This document shows, piece after piece, positions 1 through 14,655 of a DNA stretch of 64,000 nt (position 1 is its first letter; each line of letters begins with the position of its first letter). The stretch covers positions 372,705-436,704 of the forward strand of contig JAAOMT010000786.1 in the NCBI GenBank assembly GCA_016748015.1, read 5' to 3'. The position numbers were made by a program, and so were the translations under genes. Under the pieces are notes generated by a model that saw only the letters and a list, made by a program, of their open reading frames with translations, had not been told where the DNA came from and did no database searches. This DNA comes from Geosiphon pyriformis uo1 (lineage: Eukaryota > Fungi > Glomeromycota).

Positions 1-3000
1 ATTTTTAGCCTTATATTCAATTAGAAAAAACAAACCAATTGAATCATTAACATCTAATCTTGATCAAATTTGTCTAAAATAATTAAACTCAATGATCTTT
101 TCAGAAAAAAAAACTTTAACTAGTCTTGAAACCAAAACTTTCAACTTGTAATATCTAGAGAATTGTTTATCTCTGAAATTATTAGGCTTTTTAAACCAAT
201 TCCTAAAAAATACTTTGTTTGCTAATTCAATTATGATTGATTTTATAAGATTTTATATTATATCTAATTTATCTTTTTTTTTACAACCTAAAACTTATTA
301 TATATTTAAAATATCTTAATTAATAAACATTTCTTAAATCGAGTCTATTTAAAGAATCAACATTCTTAACATCAAACTTTTAACAAATTTTATAGTATTT
401 TTTTGAATAGTATTCAAATTTTTATTCAAAAAACTATTTAAACTAAAAAAAACCATAACAGTTAAATGATTAATATTAAAAAAATCAGAAATGCTATCAA
501 CTTTGTGCTTGATTACTATTGTCAAAAAGTGTTTACTAACCAAAATATAATTAATAATTTTTTTAATGCTTTTTGAATTACTTTATATTAAAAATTAGCA
601 ACTATATTATTTGACATGAAATTGCACAAACCCAAATTAAGACATTTTTTTAAGCTTGTACATTACTTTGTTTTATTTTCATTAAAATTACCATTCAATA
701 CCACATAAAAACTTATATTGATTACTTTGACAATGCATGAATTTACTTTACCAGCTTAATCAAAATACATTTCAGCAGAAACATTTATATATAAATCCAA
801 AATAGTTATTAAAATTTTTTTGTTAAACAATAAACAAAATAAAAAAAAATAACCAAAGATTTTAGAAATCTTATATATGTATTAAACAAAAGATTCATCT
901 ATTATTATTATTATTTTCAAACTTAAATAACCAGTATTCAAACCAGATATAAAAACTTTTAAGTCTACAAACTTGTTTTTAATTCAAGATCTAATATGCT
1001 TTTTTAATTTTGTTTTAATAAATATTAATATTAAATTTTCAGAATTTTTGTGTTATTTAATAATATCATTTTGTTTGGCCAAATTGTTTATTCTTTTAAT
1101 GTTGTATATTGCAATCTTTCAAATATAGTCAGTTATTGAAACAAAAAAAACAACATAAAATCTGTACTAAAATATAACTGATTTAATCTCACTAAAACTA
1201 AATTAACAAAAACCTCAAAAATCACTATTTTTAATTTTAGACCACTTATTTTGGTGATTAAAACTTTAAAACTGTTTGAACCTATTATTGAAGCTTTAGT
1301 CTTTACTAGAAAAAAAAAGAAAACAATAATTATAAGGCATTCAAAACTATATTTAAAGTTAATAATAGATTTAAAACCATTAAATTTGCCAAAGTAAGAG
1401 CAGATAAAAAAAAAACCAAGAATGCCAAATCTAAACTGCTAAGTCTATATACAATATTAAACATCTGGTTAAACAAAAGCTCCACAAAGTGTTTCAAAAA
1501 AGCCAAATAATTACTAATTGTAAAACATCTTGAAAATCAAGAGTTTTATCACTAAAAAAAAATGCCAAAAAAAAAAAGCTTGAAAACAAATATTAAAGAC
1601 ACTATTTAGGCTCAAGACATATCATTAAAAGCAGCAAATTGAAAAATAGACACATTTTTTTTCACATAAAAATAAGCAAACTGAAAACAATTTTGATTCA
1701 AAACAAATTTTTTATAAATTTTTTTTAAAACTAGAGCTAAAAAGCCAAAAAAATCATACTTAAAAAAAAAATATCTAAAATTTCTATATTTTATACAACA
1801 AACTAAATCTATCCTAACCCAAAAAAGTTTTATGCCATCCAAAATTGGTTCTATATAAAAAGCAAATTCAAGTTTTTTATTTGACTCAAAGCTAACTACA
1901 ATACAATAAATTTTATTGCCAGTTTTAAGTAATTAATTAATAATACAAGTTTTTTTATTAGCCCTTTCCAAAAGAATACTAAGATTATAAATTGTAATTT
2001 CTACTAACAAAGTAAACAAAAACACTGTTATAGATGATTATTTAAAGTGTTAAAACAAATAATAAACTTATAACTTGGTGCTTAAAGTTGTTAATAATAA
2101 TAGTTTCTGAAAGTATTGAAATTTAAAAATTTTAGTTAAATCTTTTATATAATGAATAAAAATTTAATTGAGAGTTTTTTTCATGAATTTTTTTTTAGCA
2201 TAATAGTCAGTTTATTCTGGTAGTTGTGCTTTTCTGATAAGCTATTCTTAAGTTTTCTATCTTTGTTCTTGAGTTTTTTATCAAGTTATCCTTAATATTA
2301 ATTACTTAGTACTTAATTTTGTTAATTAATTAATAAATATAAAAAAAATAAAATAAAAAAAATAAAAAAAAATAAAAGAAAAATAAGAAAATAAAATAAA
2401 AAATTAGTATTCTATTAATAGTTATGATCAAGAACTATTGGCCCAATATGGTTAAGTATCAAATTTTATTAACATAAATTGTTGATAGTACAAAAATGAT
2501 TAATATTTCTTTAATTAAATAATAATAATATGAATAAAATAATAATAGATAATTTTATTAATATAAATATGATTCTACTTTAAGTTATAAAAAACTATCT
2601 TTTAAAAAAAAAAGTATTGGATAATTACTGATTTTTAGCTATGGTTTTTTTTTGCTTTTAATACTTTCACTATATATATATAATTTTTATTATATAAAAT
2701 CTTACATATTCTTAAATAATATACTATAGTTTTTTAATAATATGTTTACTTATTAAGTACTATTTTTTTATTGGCTTATTTTTACTATTTGTTTTTTTTA
2801 CTTTTTTTTTGTACTTTTTTTCTATAAGTAACAATACCCTGAAACAATCTCTTAATATTTAAGTCTCATAGTTTTCTATAGTTTTGGTTATATATATTGA
2901 ATTTTTTCCAATTAAAAATAACTATTTTTTTGCCAATTGATTTGCTTGTTCTAATTCAGCAAACTCCACTATAGTCTTTTGCTATAGCCCAACTAATTAT

Positions 3001-3820
3001 AATCAGATCAACTTAATTTGTTTAAACTCAGATACTGCAACAATAATTATTTTTTTTAGCATGTTTATAAGAATTTTTTTAATTATCACAGTTCAATCTG
3101 AGTGTATTTCTTGTCTTTTAACATTGTTGTTTACAATAATTTTTTTGTCTTTAGCCAATAATATGGTCTTCTTCATATTTTCTTTAAATGTAAACATTAA
3201 TTAAATAATTTTTTTAAATTTTAAGAAAATAGTAGTCCTTCTAAAACTATTGATTAATAAAAAATTTTTTCTAATAAGTTGAGTTTTTGTCATTGTTAAT
3301 TTTTTTTTTACAGTTAAAAAATTAATGTTTAATATAAAAAATTTTTTTATTGTTATTTCAAATTGGGTTTTTATTATTTTAAAATTAATCTATCTTTTAT
3401 CAAAAGAGATATTGAGAGAAGAAGGGAAAAGTTTTTTATTTTTATCTATGTTATAATCAATTAAGTTAATAGAAAAACCATAAACCAGACTAGTATTTAC
3501 CTTCTTAGTTTTAGGAGTATTTGCTGTTAAACCAAGAAAAAAGCTATTATTAACATCCAAAGAAATACTATTATCTTTACTATCACTAGATTTACTGTTT
3601 ATATTCAAAAATACATTACTACTAGCATCAGATTTAATTAAAAAAATATCTTTCTTGTTACTAGAATACTTAATATTACTAACAGATACTTTTTTTTAAG
3701 AAAAAAAAAATCTTCAACAGAACCATAAAGAAATTTTTTGGATGCTTTTTTCTTAAACATAATACTATTTGAAGCAATTACCAGATTCATTACAAAAAAG
3801 ATTATTTGCTTGAAAAATGT
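1..3820 (-). mobile_element. Heavily degenerate LINE (ORF1 and start of ORF2 endonuclease), interrupted by a solo LTR
   Basis: Minus-strand remnants align with the 5.7-12.3 kb LINE: IIVAVSEFKQIKLI*L*LVGL*QKTIVEF (~2960-3050) vs IKTVFSKFGKIKSIKMQLIGLWQKTLVEF, and ITDYI*KIAIYNI (~1100-1137) vs MTDIIWKVAMYNI. The ORF1 motif RDCFRV/FLFTLLV is split by the LTR at 2026-2833. Confidence 0.75.
2026..2833 (-). mobile_element. Solo LTR, Gypsy family A
   Basis: TGTTA...TAACA termini; colinear with LTRs at 3821, 35160, 43967 and 59631; flanks ACAC/ATAC (4-bp TSD with one C>T). Confidence 0.8.
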
Positions 3821-5284
3821 TGTTACAAGTGATTATTTGGGGTCTCAAATCAAATAACAAACCCATAACTTGGTGCTTAGCAGTTGTTCTTGTTGGTAAT
3901 ATCTGTAGATTGTTTATATCTGAAAGTTTTGATGGAGTTTTTTGTATAATGGACAGAAATTTAATTGATGGTTTTATCTGTAGCTTTTCGAAACCACAGT
4001 TTCATCAATTTTTTTCTCAACATAATGGCTGGTAATTCTCCTGGTATTTACCTTTATTTCTGGGTTTTTTACCAGTGCTATATCCTGACATCAGTATCTT
4101 TGTATATAAATTCTTTTAATTAAACAAAAAAAACAACAAGAAAAAATAACAGAAAATAAAAGAGATTAAAAGAATAAGCCAAAGCAATAAATGTTAATAT
4201 CCTGTCAATAGCTGTAATCAAGAGCTATTGTTCTAGTGTGGTTAAGTATTAATTACTATCAACACTTTATGTTAATAGTGGAAAGTAGATTGAGATAGTG
4301 AATAATTATTTATTAATATTTGTGAATAGAAGATTGCTTAGATTAAATCTAAACTAAGAAGTCTGTTTTTTTTTTTTCTAATGCTACTGTTATATATACA
4401 TAATTAAGATTTTTTAATTTCTTGATTCTTCATACCAGAAATTCTGGAATTCCTGGAATCTTGTAATTTCTTTTGAGAGAAATTCTAAAATTCTGAAATC
4501 CTGCAATTCCTTGTATGAGAATCTTGAATTTCTGGAATCCTACAATTCTTCTTAAAAGAAATTCTGGAATTCCACATTTATTACAGCTACTTCTGATTGG
4601 CTAATTTATATGCTAATATATTTCTTATATTTTATGCATAACATTATTCTCTTCTTTTTAATATTGAACTCCATTGAAATCTCCTAATTTTAATTCTCTG
4701 TCTTTGAATATTTCTTGAATTTCTTTTTCAAGAATTACTTGTGTTATCTTGTTTTGTAATTTCTCAAATTGGGCATTGGTTATTTTTCTCATTTGGTTAA
4801 TGATAATAGAATCTATTGCTGAATTGAGTAGAATTTCTGGTCAGTTCTAAAATCTGGTATGTAACCAATAAATGGCTCTTGCTTGTGTGGACAAATTGTT
4901 TTTCTTTACAAATTTTTTTAGTTGTTGCAGTATTGTTGTGTTGAATAATTGTTTTGTTTTATCTGTGTATAAATTCTGAATATTCAAGTATTGTTCTAAG
5001 TAAAAGTAATAAAAGTTTGTTAAAAATTGTTATGTTCACCAATTTCAAGTTTCTATAGTCAACTCTTAATATTGTGTAACTTTTGGTTGTGCTTTTATTG
5101 TCACTTTCACTTTTGTAATTATTTTGTCAATAGTGTTTTCTGTTTTTTTCTGTATTTTATCTTGTGGTCTCTTTTTGGTGTTTTTGTATCTAATGATTTG
5201 TTGATTGATTGTAATTTCTATCTCTTGTTGTTGGATCAGTTGGAAGAGTTGTTGTGCTAGTGAGTAGATGTCATTGGTAATTTT
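3821..5284 (-). mobile_element. Truncated Gypsy family A element: 3' LTR (3821-4643), PPT and ORF3 remnant
   Basis: LTR TGTTACAAG...ATAACA; polypurine tract (minus strand AAAAAGAAGAGAATAA) at 4644-4659; ORF3 remnant KITNDIYSLAQQLFQLIQQQEIEITINQQ matches the 61 kb copy. Confidence 0.85.
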
Positions 5285-5843
5285 ATTACTATTACTAAGC
5301 TAAAAGCTGGTTTTTTTAACTAAAAACTTCTTATTTATATTTATATTCTTAATATTAGTAGTATTATCAGTATTAAAACCAATTATTTTATTAATCTTAG
5401 ACAATTTTTAAAACACTTTAATATTAGTTTCAATAATAATTTTTTTTAAAATACTATTTTTGTGCTTTTTTTTGGTAAATAAATTCAAAACCACAAAACC
5501 AGTACCAGATTTTTTTTGGATTTTTTCATATTTAAATTATTACTAATAATAGTAATTTTGTATTTAAACAAAAAAAGTTTTAAAATATTTAATTAAATAG
5601 CAAAAATAAGCAAAAACAAAAAACTTTTTTAAAATAAAACACTTTTTTAAAAACTTAAAATATAAAAGAAAAAAAAATTTTAAATTTTGTATTTAATTAA
5701 AGAGTTTTTTTATTATTATTATTATTATTAACGAACGAGGTCCAAACATTACCTAGAACTTAACATCAAAGAAATGATCTAAACTAGACATGAATCATGC
5801 ATTTTCTACACATAACCAGCCACTCAAACCAGTCAGGACAACA

Positions 5844-8800
5844 CTATGCAAATATATTAACAGAAACTGAATTACAAATACCCGAAAAAAACAAACATGA
5901 TTTATGAAAGCCAAAATAGACACCAAAAGCCTTAGCTATACCAAGCAACTTAACCACATCATCCGAAAACCTCAAAACCAAACCAGAAACTGAGATGGGA
6001 GTGGAGCCATCTATGAGAATCAACCTATTCTTTTCATTTCTGAAAGCATAACAGAGAAAGTACACAAAATTGGCAATTTTAATTCCAGCAATCTTGGGGT
6101 CATAGAAGACAGAAACAGCTTTCTGCAGTCATTCATTGAAAACAAAACCCTTGTAAAGAGTTAAAGACACTTGGAAATCGGAAACACAGATCGACAGCAG
6201 CTGCAATACACATGAGAAGGACAGGGTGAGACCAGAAAGCACCTTCTAAGAAGACACACAGGAATCCAAAATTTGACGACAAGCCGAGTCATCAACAGCA
6301 CAAAAAAACACATGGTAAGACACCTCTAACTCACCACAATACAGACACAGAACACTAGGATAACTTTTTTATACAGACACTTCTAAACAGCCATAGGGAG
6401 CTGATGGTATAAAGCTTTCATGAAATAAGTATGAACATCAGCAGTGTTTCTGCTGGTAAAACCAGTAGTCATGTGCAAATCAGGGTGCCAAACTCAGGAA
6501 GAGCTGTGTCAATCGACGTCCAAGTGCAAACTGCTGGCCAGAAAACTAGAACCAGAACCAATTTCCCAATGAGCATAACAAACAGCACAAAAAATATCTC
6601 GAACAAAGTATCTAGAATTACCAGACACAATACTACCCTCCACCAACAAAAAATGTTCATCCACACAAAGAGGAAGATACCAACCAAAAAAAGAGGCAGC
6701 ATCAGCCAGACTGTTAGCATGCTCATTCCCTGAAATTCCAGAGTGGCTCTTCACCTTGTGTCAGTTGACTTGCAAATTCTTAACACGAATAACATTTTTA
6801 ATATGCCAACACTTGACCCAGCACCGATTGCAAAAGTCAGGACACATTAAAGCCCAATTCTGACTTACAAGCATCCAAAGCCATCTGACTATCTAAAAAC
6901 AAGCAAACAGAGTGAGATGCAGGTACACACTCTAGAGCCAAAGCAATAGTCTGCAATTCTGCCAAAGTAGAAGAAACTAAACCACAAACACCAACACTCA
7001 AACCCAAATCAATGTTTTCAAAGAAGACAGCAGCACCAGCCTGACAACTTGACAAGTCCAAATCATTTAGAAAACCATTCGTAAAAACAAACAGACTATC
7101 AGAGCTAACTTGAAAGAAACGAGCACAGACCAACATGAAACCACTAGAATTACAAACACTCAGAGGGCCAACACTGACCAGAGCTGAAAAAAAAGGGAAC
7201 AGTAGACATAAGAACCCCAACATAATACCGAAAAGAGCTGGCCAAAAAGCCACCTAAAAACAAACTGCAATTGAGAAGAATACGAATCATACTTAACAAA
7301 AAATTATTGAAAACACTGACACGAATACGAGCAGAAAAGCTCAACAGATGAACTGGGCACCAACACAAACTTTGCAAGTCATGAGACCTATGACTGAACA
7401 ACCACCCCAAAATACCATCAGAGTTTGTGAAACTGATAAGTGAGGCAACTTTGCTTTCAGACTGGCATTGCCAAAAAGACTTCAGACCATAAAAGAAGGA
7501 GTGGTAAATTGTATTACCAGGAAAGTCAAGAGGAAGACCAGATTTCAGTTTCAAATCTTTGCAAACCAGAGCATCTCACTTGGAGTACACACCAACAGGG
7601 ACAAAACTGAACTGCATTCTGTAGCTAATTATGGGATGGAGAACTGCTAACATTAAATACAAGAACTGTTTATCTGATACTGCCTTCTTGAGAACCAAAT
7701 TACAGAAAAAACAAATGTTCAAGTATGCTTTAGCCAAACTAGGCTTTGAAAGACCATTAGTTGAAAGAAAGATACCAAGATACCTATAAAATTTGCTCTT
7801 TTTGGCTATAGAAATGGGCAAACCACTGATAGAAAAAGATGGACTATTGATTCTGTTATTGATAGGAATAGCCGTAGTCTTGTTATTATTGATTGAAATG
7901 TCATTAATTCAAAAAAACTCACTAGCAACATTGAGAATATGTTGAGTAGCAGTCTGACTGCTGCCAACCCAAATTGTGTCATTTACAAAAGCCCCAGCAG
8001 CAAAAAATGATGAAAGCCCAGCTTAAGATTCAGCATGACCGCCTTTGGAGATAAAATAAGAAATGAGTCTATATCTGCACACACTCTCCTGACATTTGAC
8101 TTCACATAAAAGAGGATCATAAAATATATACCATAGGAGGGGAGAAAAGATTTTGCCTTGATCCAAACCATCATGCACCCAATAACCTCTTGTCAGCCCA
8201 AAATCTATCATAACCCAATTGGTGCAATTTTGATAAATGCCATTGAAAAACCAGATGAACTTGCTACACATTTTAATCCAAACTAAACATTTCTCAAGGT
8301 GCACCCAGCCAACTGAGTTATACGCCTTCTGCATGTTCTGTAAAACAAACCAGAGTTTATGGTTCTTTTCTAGAGTGTCTTCAACAATGGAACCAATCGC
8401 AAAAATGAGAGACTGGGTAGTTATATCTTTCAAAACCAAGAAATTGTTATCACGAAGAATGCCATATGTGCTATATGCCAAGGAGATTCTATCAGAGAGA
8501 ATCTTAAAAAGAATCTTACAAGCTGTTTTGATTAATGCAATAGGACAAATATTCGTCAGTACATCTTCCCACTCATATGGTTTAAAAATCATCAAGACTC
8601 AAGCCTCTTTTCAAGAACTAGACACCAATTCACATAACAAACACGAATTTAAGAGAACTAAGAGCATATCTAAAACAGATCTATCACAATGTTTCCAAAG
8701 TTTATTTGAAATACCAGAAAAACCAGCAGCTTTGTTATCAGGCAGACCAGAAACCATTCTGAACAACTCATCAAAACCAATCGAACACATCATGCCAGAA

Positions 8801-10293
8801 AAAGCCTCATCAAAAACATACTCCAAAGGCTGATATTGACGACACCAATCACCAGAGATATTAGTGACCACTTAATGTAACCATGTCTAATCTGCCATAA
8901 TCTCGTCTACCTTAGACTTCACAGAATTAGATTCCAAAATCAGCTCATCACCTACCACTAAGTGGTCCAAAACCACTTTGTGGAAAGGATGCTCTAGGAC
9001 ACTTCGAATAGTATAACCTTTGTTCAACTCAAAGCTTTCCATTCTTTTGTCAATTGCTGACCTAATATAAGACTCTCTAGCACACTCCAATTCTGACAAC
9101 TTAGATAAATGGTAAGATTTCCTAATCCTGGCTAAAGCTGACCAAATGGTATCAAAATAGAAACCTGAAAGAAAAAGAGACTTAACAACAAAGACATTAG
9201 CAGAATCAAAACTGCTCCACAAATCAAGCAAGGAAACAAACTTTTCATGAGAAACCAGATACAAAGTCTTGACAATTTTTGACACCAAAAGTTCTAAATT
9301 ATGAAACCTGGAAGATGCTTTATTAAAGACACTGTTATAGTCCTTGAACCACTTCTTTCTGAAAACACTCTCAGCTGACAAACACATAACCTGACGAAGA
9401 GCATTCCACATTGAATCCAAATTCGAACTATTCACAGCAGCACAAAACTTATCATAAAACATGGCAGCATTTGCCACTATATTCTCTTTGAACTTGATTC
9501 ATTTATTATCATTAGCATTCTTGAAATTGTATTTCCAATGATCTTTATTTGCCTGTTTGTGCAACGAGTTCAACTGCACATCCAGTAGACCACCAAGACC
9601 CACAGAGACAGAAACAGCATTATAATCAGTATCAAAGTATTCATCAACAGAAACCACATTATGATCCACTATTGCATTGACCAAATTAGATGAGACAAAT
9701 AGATAATCAATAGTTTTGGCAGCACCCCGAAAATTGCTTCATGTCACTAATTTTGCAAATAAGCTCCTACTCAAAGAATTGATCAAATCCATATCAAAAC
9801 ATTTTTTGAAGTTAGCACTCTTGTGAGAACCATTTTCATTAAAATCACCATCCAAGATAATAAAAAAAGACTCATTCACAGTTTTAGCAATCATGGAATT
9901 AATATCACTCATCTGAAAAGAACATATTGCCAGAGAAGCCTCAGCATAAAGTTCTAGAATCAACACAGAAAGTTTATTTTTGAAAAGTAACCTGATAGAA
10001 ATAAGCCAGCCAGGAACATCCACAACCTTGTACACATGCTGAGCCAAAGAATTGTCCATAATTATCACCACACCAGAACCCAAATGGCCAGCATCCAAAC
10101 CTGAAGTGAAAACCTGGACACCATCAAACTTGTTCATGATCCATAGGCGAACCTTACTTTTTAGCTTAGTTTCAGTAACAATCGAAATCAAATTGTCCAT
10201 GATTTTATGCCAATGAACAATGTCATCCTGTTTTGCAGGATTGTTCATGCCTTGAATATTATACATAGCCACCTTCCAAATGATGTCAGTCAT
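5844..10293 (-). pseudogene. LINE ORF2: APE endonuclease, RT, RNase H, C-terminal CCHC; multiple nonsense codons
   Basis: EN motifs YNIQGMN, TETKL, GDFNE, TDY(H)NAV; RT motifs PIAL, KAYNSV, GLDQG, FVND(D), YRYLG; RNase H motifs FTNG, TLAELQ, LDSQ, KSHSGISGNEHANSLA; CLYCG..S.HVFFC near 6300-6350. Confidence 0.92.
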
Positions 10294-12199
10294 TGAAAGA
10301 GAAGTGTTCCAGAACCCAAACCAGCATTTTTTAATCTGGCCAAAAAGCCCATAACAGTTTTAGATAAATTAACCAGAGTATCCTCCAACTTAGAAACTAC
10401 TGACAAGTCATAAACCACCATCTTAACAATAGTTCTACTACCAGCAGCTGCACCCAAACCCTCACTCATCACTGTATCTACCCTTTGATTCTGCAATGAA
10501 GGGGTCATCAACAGCTGACATCCAAAACCATGCTGGGAAACCATTGGCCTGAGTGCATCCAACTTCTTGGCCAGCTTATCAACTTGCTCAGTGAGGCTGG
10601 CGAGACTGCACTCGAGAGCGGCAAACCTATAATTTATATCCAAAGAAAACTGAGAGGGGGTACAATGGCCAACTGCGAATCATTACCAGAAAAAAGTGAC
10701 AAAACCACATGAGAACTGAAACCACCAGCAACTTGAACCCAAGTTTTACCAGTGAAAAACACAGGACGGGAAATAGGAGCCAACTTTTTCTTATAAATAC
10801 CAGCCAGATAAACCCAATCCTGTTCAAAAAATACTTGATTTCCATGGACACCAGAATTTCCACCCAAAAGACAGTTGATTATAATATGACCAAATTGTTT
10901 GCACTGTGTACAACTGGCCAAAGAAAGACCAATTCACTACAAACTCACATCCTTGAAAATAGGAACAGTACCAATAGCAGCCAACTTGGATGCCTCATTC
11001 TTAAAACAAATGATTACACACTTATTACAAACATATGAGTTTGGATTGCAGCTAATAAAACATGTTCTCCCACCATAAGTCTTTACTAATTCAGAAAGAT
11101 CATGTGCAGTGGTACCAACTAGAAGAGTGTACAACAAAGCACAATGACGGTCTCTTGAAATCCATAGCTTCTTGTCATTAATGGCCAAAGCCATGCGCAC
11201 AGAATCCTTTCCCACGAGAACCAACCATTTAGAAGCAACCAAACAGGCAGTTTTAGTTGACTTAAATTCCACCAAAGTCTTTTGCCAAAGCCCAATCAAC
11301 TGCATTTTGATAGATTTAATTTTGCCGAATTTGGAGAACACTGTCTTAATCACTGATTTGGGAAGATCTACTGGGATCTCCTTGATAATTATTTCCTAAT
11401 CTGAACGGCTGTTGATTTTTTTGAGATCATCATTCACAATTATTTTTTTATTGATCGCCATTTTTTTGGCCTTATTTAAACTAGATTCACTTGTGAAAGT
11501 TGACTGAATAACACCAGAAAATTTTGAAGGAGTTGAGGCTTTCCCAAAACCATTAATTCTGTAAAAAATTTTCTTAATTGAAATCAACTTATCACTATTA
11601 GTCTTTCCAGACATATTTGACAACTTTACATCCAAGGTGAACAATTTAACTGGTTCAAAGGTGCGACATTTCAAAACACATGAAATCACAGGTGGCAGCC
11701 AATTGAATCCAGCAAATTTAGCTCCAGGAAGCACCAACTCAGTATTATCATTACTCATGCCTGCGAAAGAAATTGCCTTTGGCGGCTGTTCTAAAACGAA
11801 GGTTCTTGGTTATGTTTTTCTCGAAGTCACATTATCTTCCATTTCATCAGTCTTAGAAGCATTGGGATTCATGTAATTTGTCTTCTCAGCAACCGCATTT
11901 TCCAAATTCTTGGCATTTGACACTTTACTAATATTTACTTTCTTACTATTCATTTCACTTCCCCAAGATCTCTGCAGCCCAACACTATTACTATGTAGCA
12001 TACTTATTGAAATCAGACTGTTCGACAAGTCCATAATGCTACCAAAGACACTAGGCAACTTCATTTTTTTGTATGAAGGATCACACAAGTATACACTCTC
12101 AATATGTGCTTTAATTTTTTTACTGCCAGACCAGGACCCCAACCCAGCCAAACTCAAACTCAAAGTGCCAGCAGAAGAGCCCACTGGATCCATAGACAC
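10290..12199 (-). pseudogene. LINE ORF1 (RRM-like region, CCHC knuckle, coiled coil)
   Basis: In-frame ORF fragments with VFSKFGKIKSIK, CTQCKQFGHIIINC and the heptad LECSLASLTEQVDKLAKKL; lies upstream of ORF2. Confidence 0.85.
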
Positions 12200-12323
12200 A
12201 AATAAAGGTATGTTTGAAGAAATAACAAAAGGGACAAAGGGAAAAAAGAGTAAGAAAGGCTATCTCTTTGACAATTTCAAGCTTTCATTGTGATCAGAGG
12301 ATCAATGAAAAAAAGAGTTTTTT

Positions 12324-13300
12324 AAAATAATATTAACTTTAGAGTTTTAAATTATATAAAAAAAAGATAATATATAATTTTACTTAAAAAGTTTTAATTT
12401 TAATATTTATTTAATTATTATATTTTATTTATAGTATATACTTTTTAAAATAAAACTAAATTAAAATCTATAATTAATAATAAATTGTAAAATTACATTA
12501 AAAAAATAAATAATATTATAAATTTTGTAATTAATAATTAAATTTTTTAATTTTTTATTAATAATAAAAAAATTTAGAATTATTATAAAATTTTTATTAA
12601 AAATTAAAATAAAAAACAAAAATTCAACAAAACTTTGTAAAATTTAATTTAATTTAATTTAAAAATAAATTATAATATATTAATATTTTATATAATTAAC
12701 AAAATTTTTATTAATATTGAATTTAGTTTTAAGTTAATTAAAATAAAAATAAAAATTTTAAAAGTTTTTAAAATACAATTTTTTAAATTTAATAAATAAA
12801 TAAAATTTTATAAATACTAGTTTAAAATTATTTTGTATTATTTATTTATTTTTTATAAATTATTTATTTTTAAAAAATTATATAATATAAAAAAATATTG
12901 TTTTAAATAATACAAAAATAATATTAATACTGTTTTTTTTTTATTATAAAAACCAAATTAAAGAATAATATTAAATTTAAAAAAAAATTATATATATAAG
13001 TTTAGATATTACAATTATTTTTTAATCTGAATAAATATTTATATAATTAAAATTAATATTAATAATTATAATATTTTTTTAATTAAAAATCTTATTATAA
13101 TTAAGCTTAATTTAAAAATAAATAATAATTTAATAATTTTATGAATTTTTAAGAAAATAAAAACTTTTTTTAAAATTATTTAATAATAACAACAACAACA
13201 ACAATAACAACAACAACAACAACAACAACAACAATAATAATAATAATATTTATATATAAATATTCAATTAAAAAAAAATTGTAATCAATATAATAAAAAT
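12324..13300. other. Extremely AT-rich tract bordering the gene island (possibly fully decayed repeats)
   Basis: Almost no G/C and no ORFs; similar tracts at ~21950-22160 and ~56040-58050. Confidence 0.5.
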
Positions 13301-13841
13301 TATAATTTATGAACACTAATATTTAATATTTTAACATTTTGTTTTTGTTTTGATTTTTCAAATCTTTAAAGATTGAACTTTAAAGAAACACAAATGTTTG
13401 CATGACTCAGTTTTTTGGTCAAATGATTATTGATAACCTTTTTTTATATATATTTTTATACATACATACATATATATATATATATGTATAAAATTACCTT
13501 TTAAGATTATGTGTTGTTTTGTTACAATAAAAGATGGATAAAATTAAAAGAGACTTACCGGATGCCCATTTTTGATAGAGTTTCTAATTTTCCTTATTAA
13601 GAATGGTTAAAAAAAATAATCAAAAAATAAAATCATAAAAATTATAAAACGTTATCAAATTAGAATGAAACAAATGAGGTTAGTTTAAGATTATTTGTTA
13701 TCAAGAGTAAGTGATTGAATTCTCAAGATCGAGAAAAGGCTTCAAATGAAGTTGGGGGAGATTTTTGGTTTGAAAGATTTAATCCTGAAAACAGAATGAT
13801 CAACAAACGAAAGAAGAAGGTTTGAAACTATATCCCAGTCC

Positions 13842-13901
<60 letters not shown>
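13842..13901 (+). repeat. (GAT)20 microsatellite
   Basis: Perfect trinucleotide run read directly. Confidence 0.95.
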
Positions 13902-13902
<1 letters not shown>

Positions 13903-14533
13903 GTATGAACCGAGTACACAAGTCATTTTTAAAAAAAATTTTTTTTTTGAATCACGGATCGATCCATAGAAAATTCCACCGAATAAGCATTGACACAAGG
14001 ATCAATTAAAATAAAAATCATATAAAATAAAAATTCCTTTTTTTTGATGATATCGGATATGATAAAAAAAGGTTCGGCGTGAAAAAAAAAAACCATGTCC
14101 AAGTATGGTCAACAATTGTGATACCAAATTACCCCACATTTTTCATAGGACGGTTTGGATGGGCGTTCTTTTTTTTCTTCTCTAAATTAAATGTATAGTG
14201 ACCAATAAGATGGTAATAATAAATTTACGTTTTAAATGTGAAAATTTTCACAATACGTGTCATGTTTTAAATATAAACTTGAATCAAATGATATTCTAAA
14301 GATTTTTCTATAAAAAATTATTAAGTTGTCACAAATCGGTTATCACAAATAAATGATTTTCTCCTGCATACTTGCAGCATATTTTTCAAAGTGAAAAAAA
14401 AGGAAAAATTGTTTTAGTATTAAAGAGAGCGTGTTAATTTAACATCCTTTTTCATAGATACAAGTTCTGGCCCGTGTGTTTGGTTAAAATTCTTTGTCGT
14501 ATTGATGATGAGGACGAGGACGAGGACTACGAC

Positions 14534-14539
14534 CAACAA

Positions 14540-14587
<48 letters not shown>

Positions 14588-14617
14588 CCACAAACCACAA
14601 CAACGACAATGACAACG

Positions 14618-14654
<37 letters not shown>

Positions 14655-14655
14655 C
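14534..14655 (+). repeat. Imperfect (CAA)n microsatellite; (GA)n at 14739-14760 and (TATG)n at ~14918-14975 nearby
   Basis: Read directly; it produces the spurious polyQ/T and polyC/L ORFs. Confidence 0.9.

Larger units (their letters stand above)
5711..12311 (-). mobile_element. Near full-length LINE (non-LTR retrotransposon) with ORF1 and ORF2
   Basis: 12-bp TSD AAAGAGTTTTTT at 5699-5710 and 12312-12323; (TAA)n/A tail at ~5711-5730; ORF1 stop and ORF2 start overlap as ATGA at 10290-10293. Confidence 0.92.

Noticed and set aside
3821-5284. ORF3+LTR fragment as a retrocopy of a subgenomic mRNA
   Set aside because: It has a complete LTR ending in TAACA rather than an R-polyA end, so deletion of the upstream part is more parsimonious. 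The breakpoint does fall near the ORF3 start.
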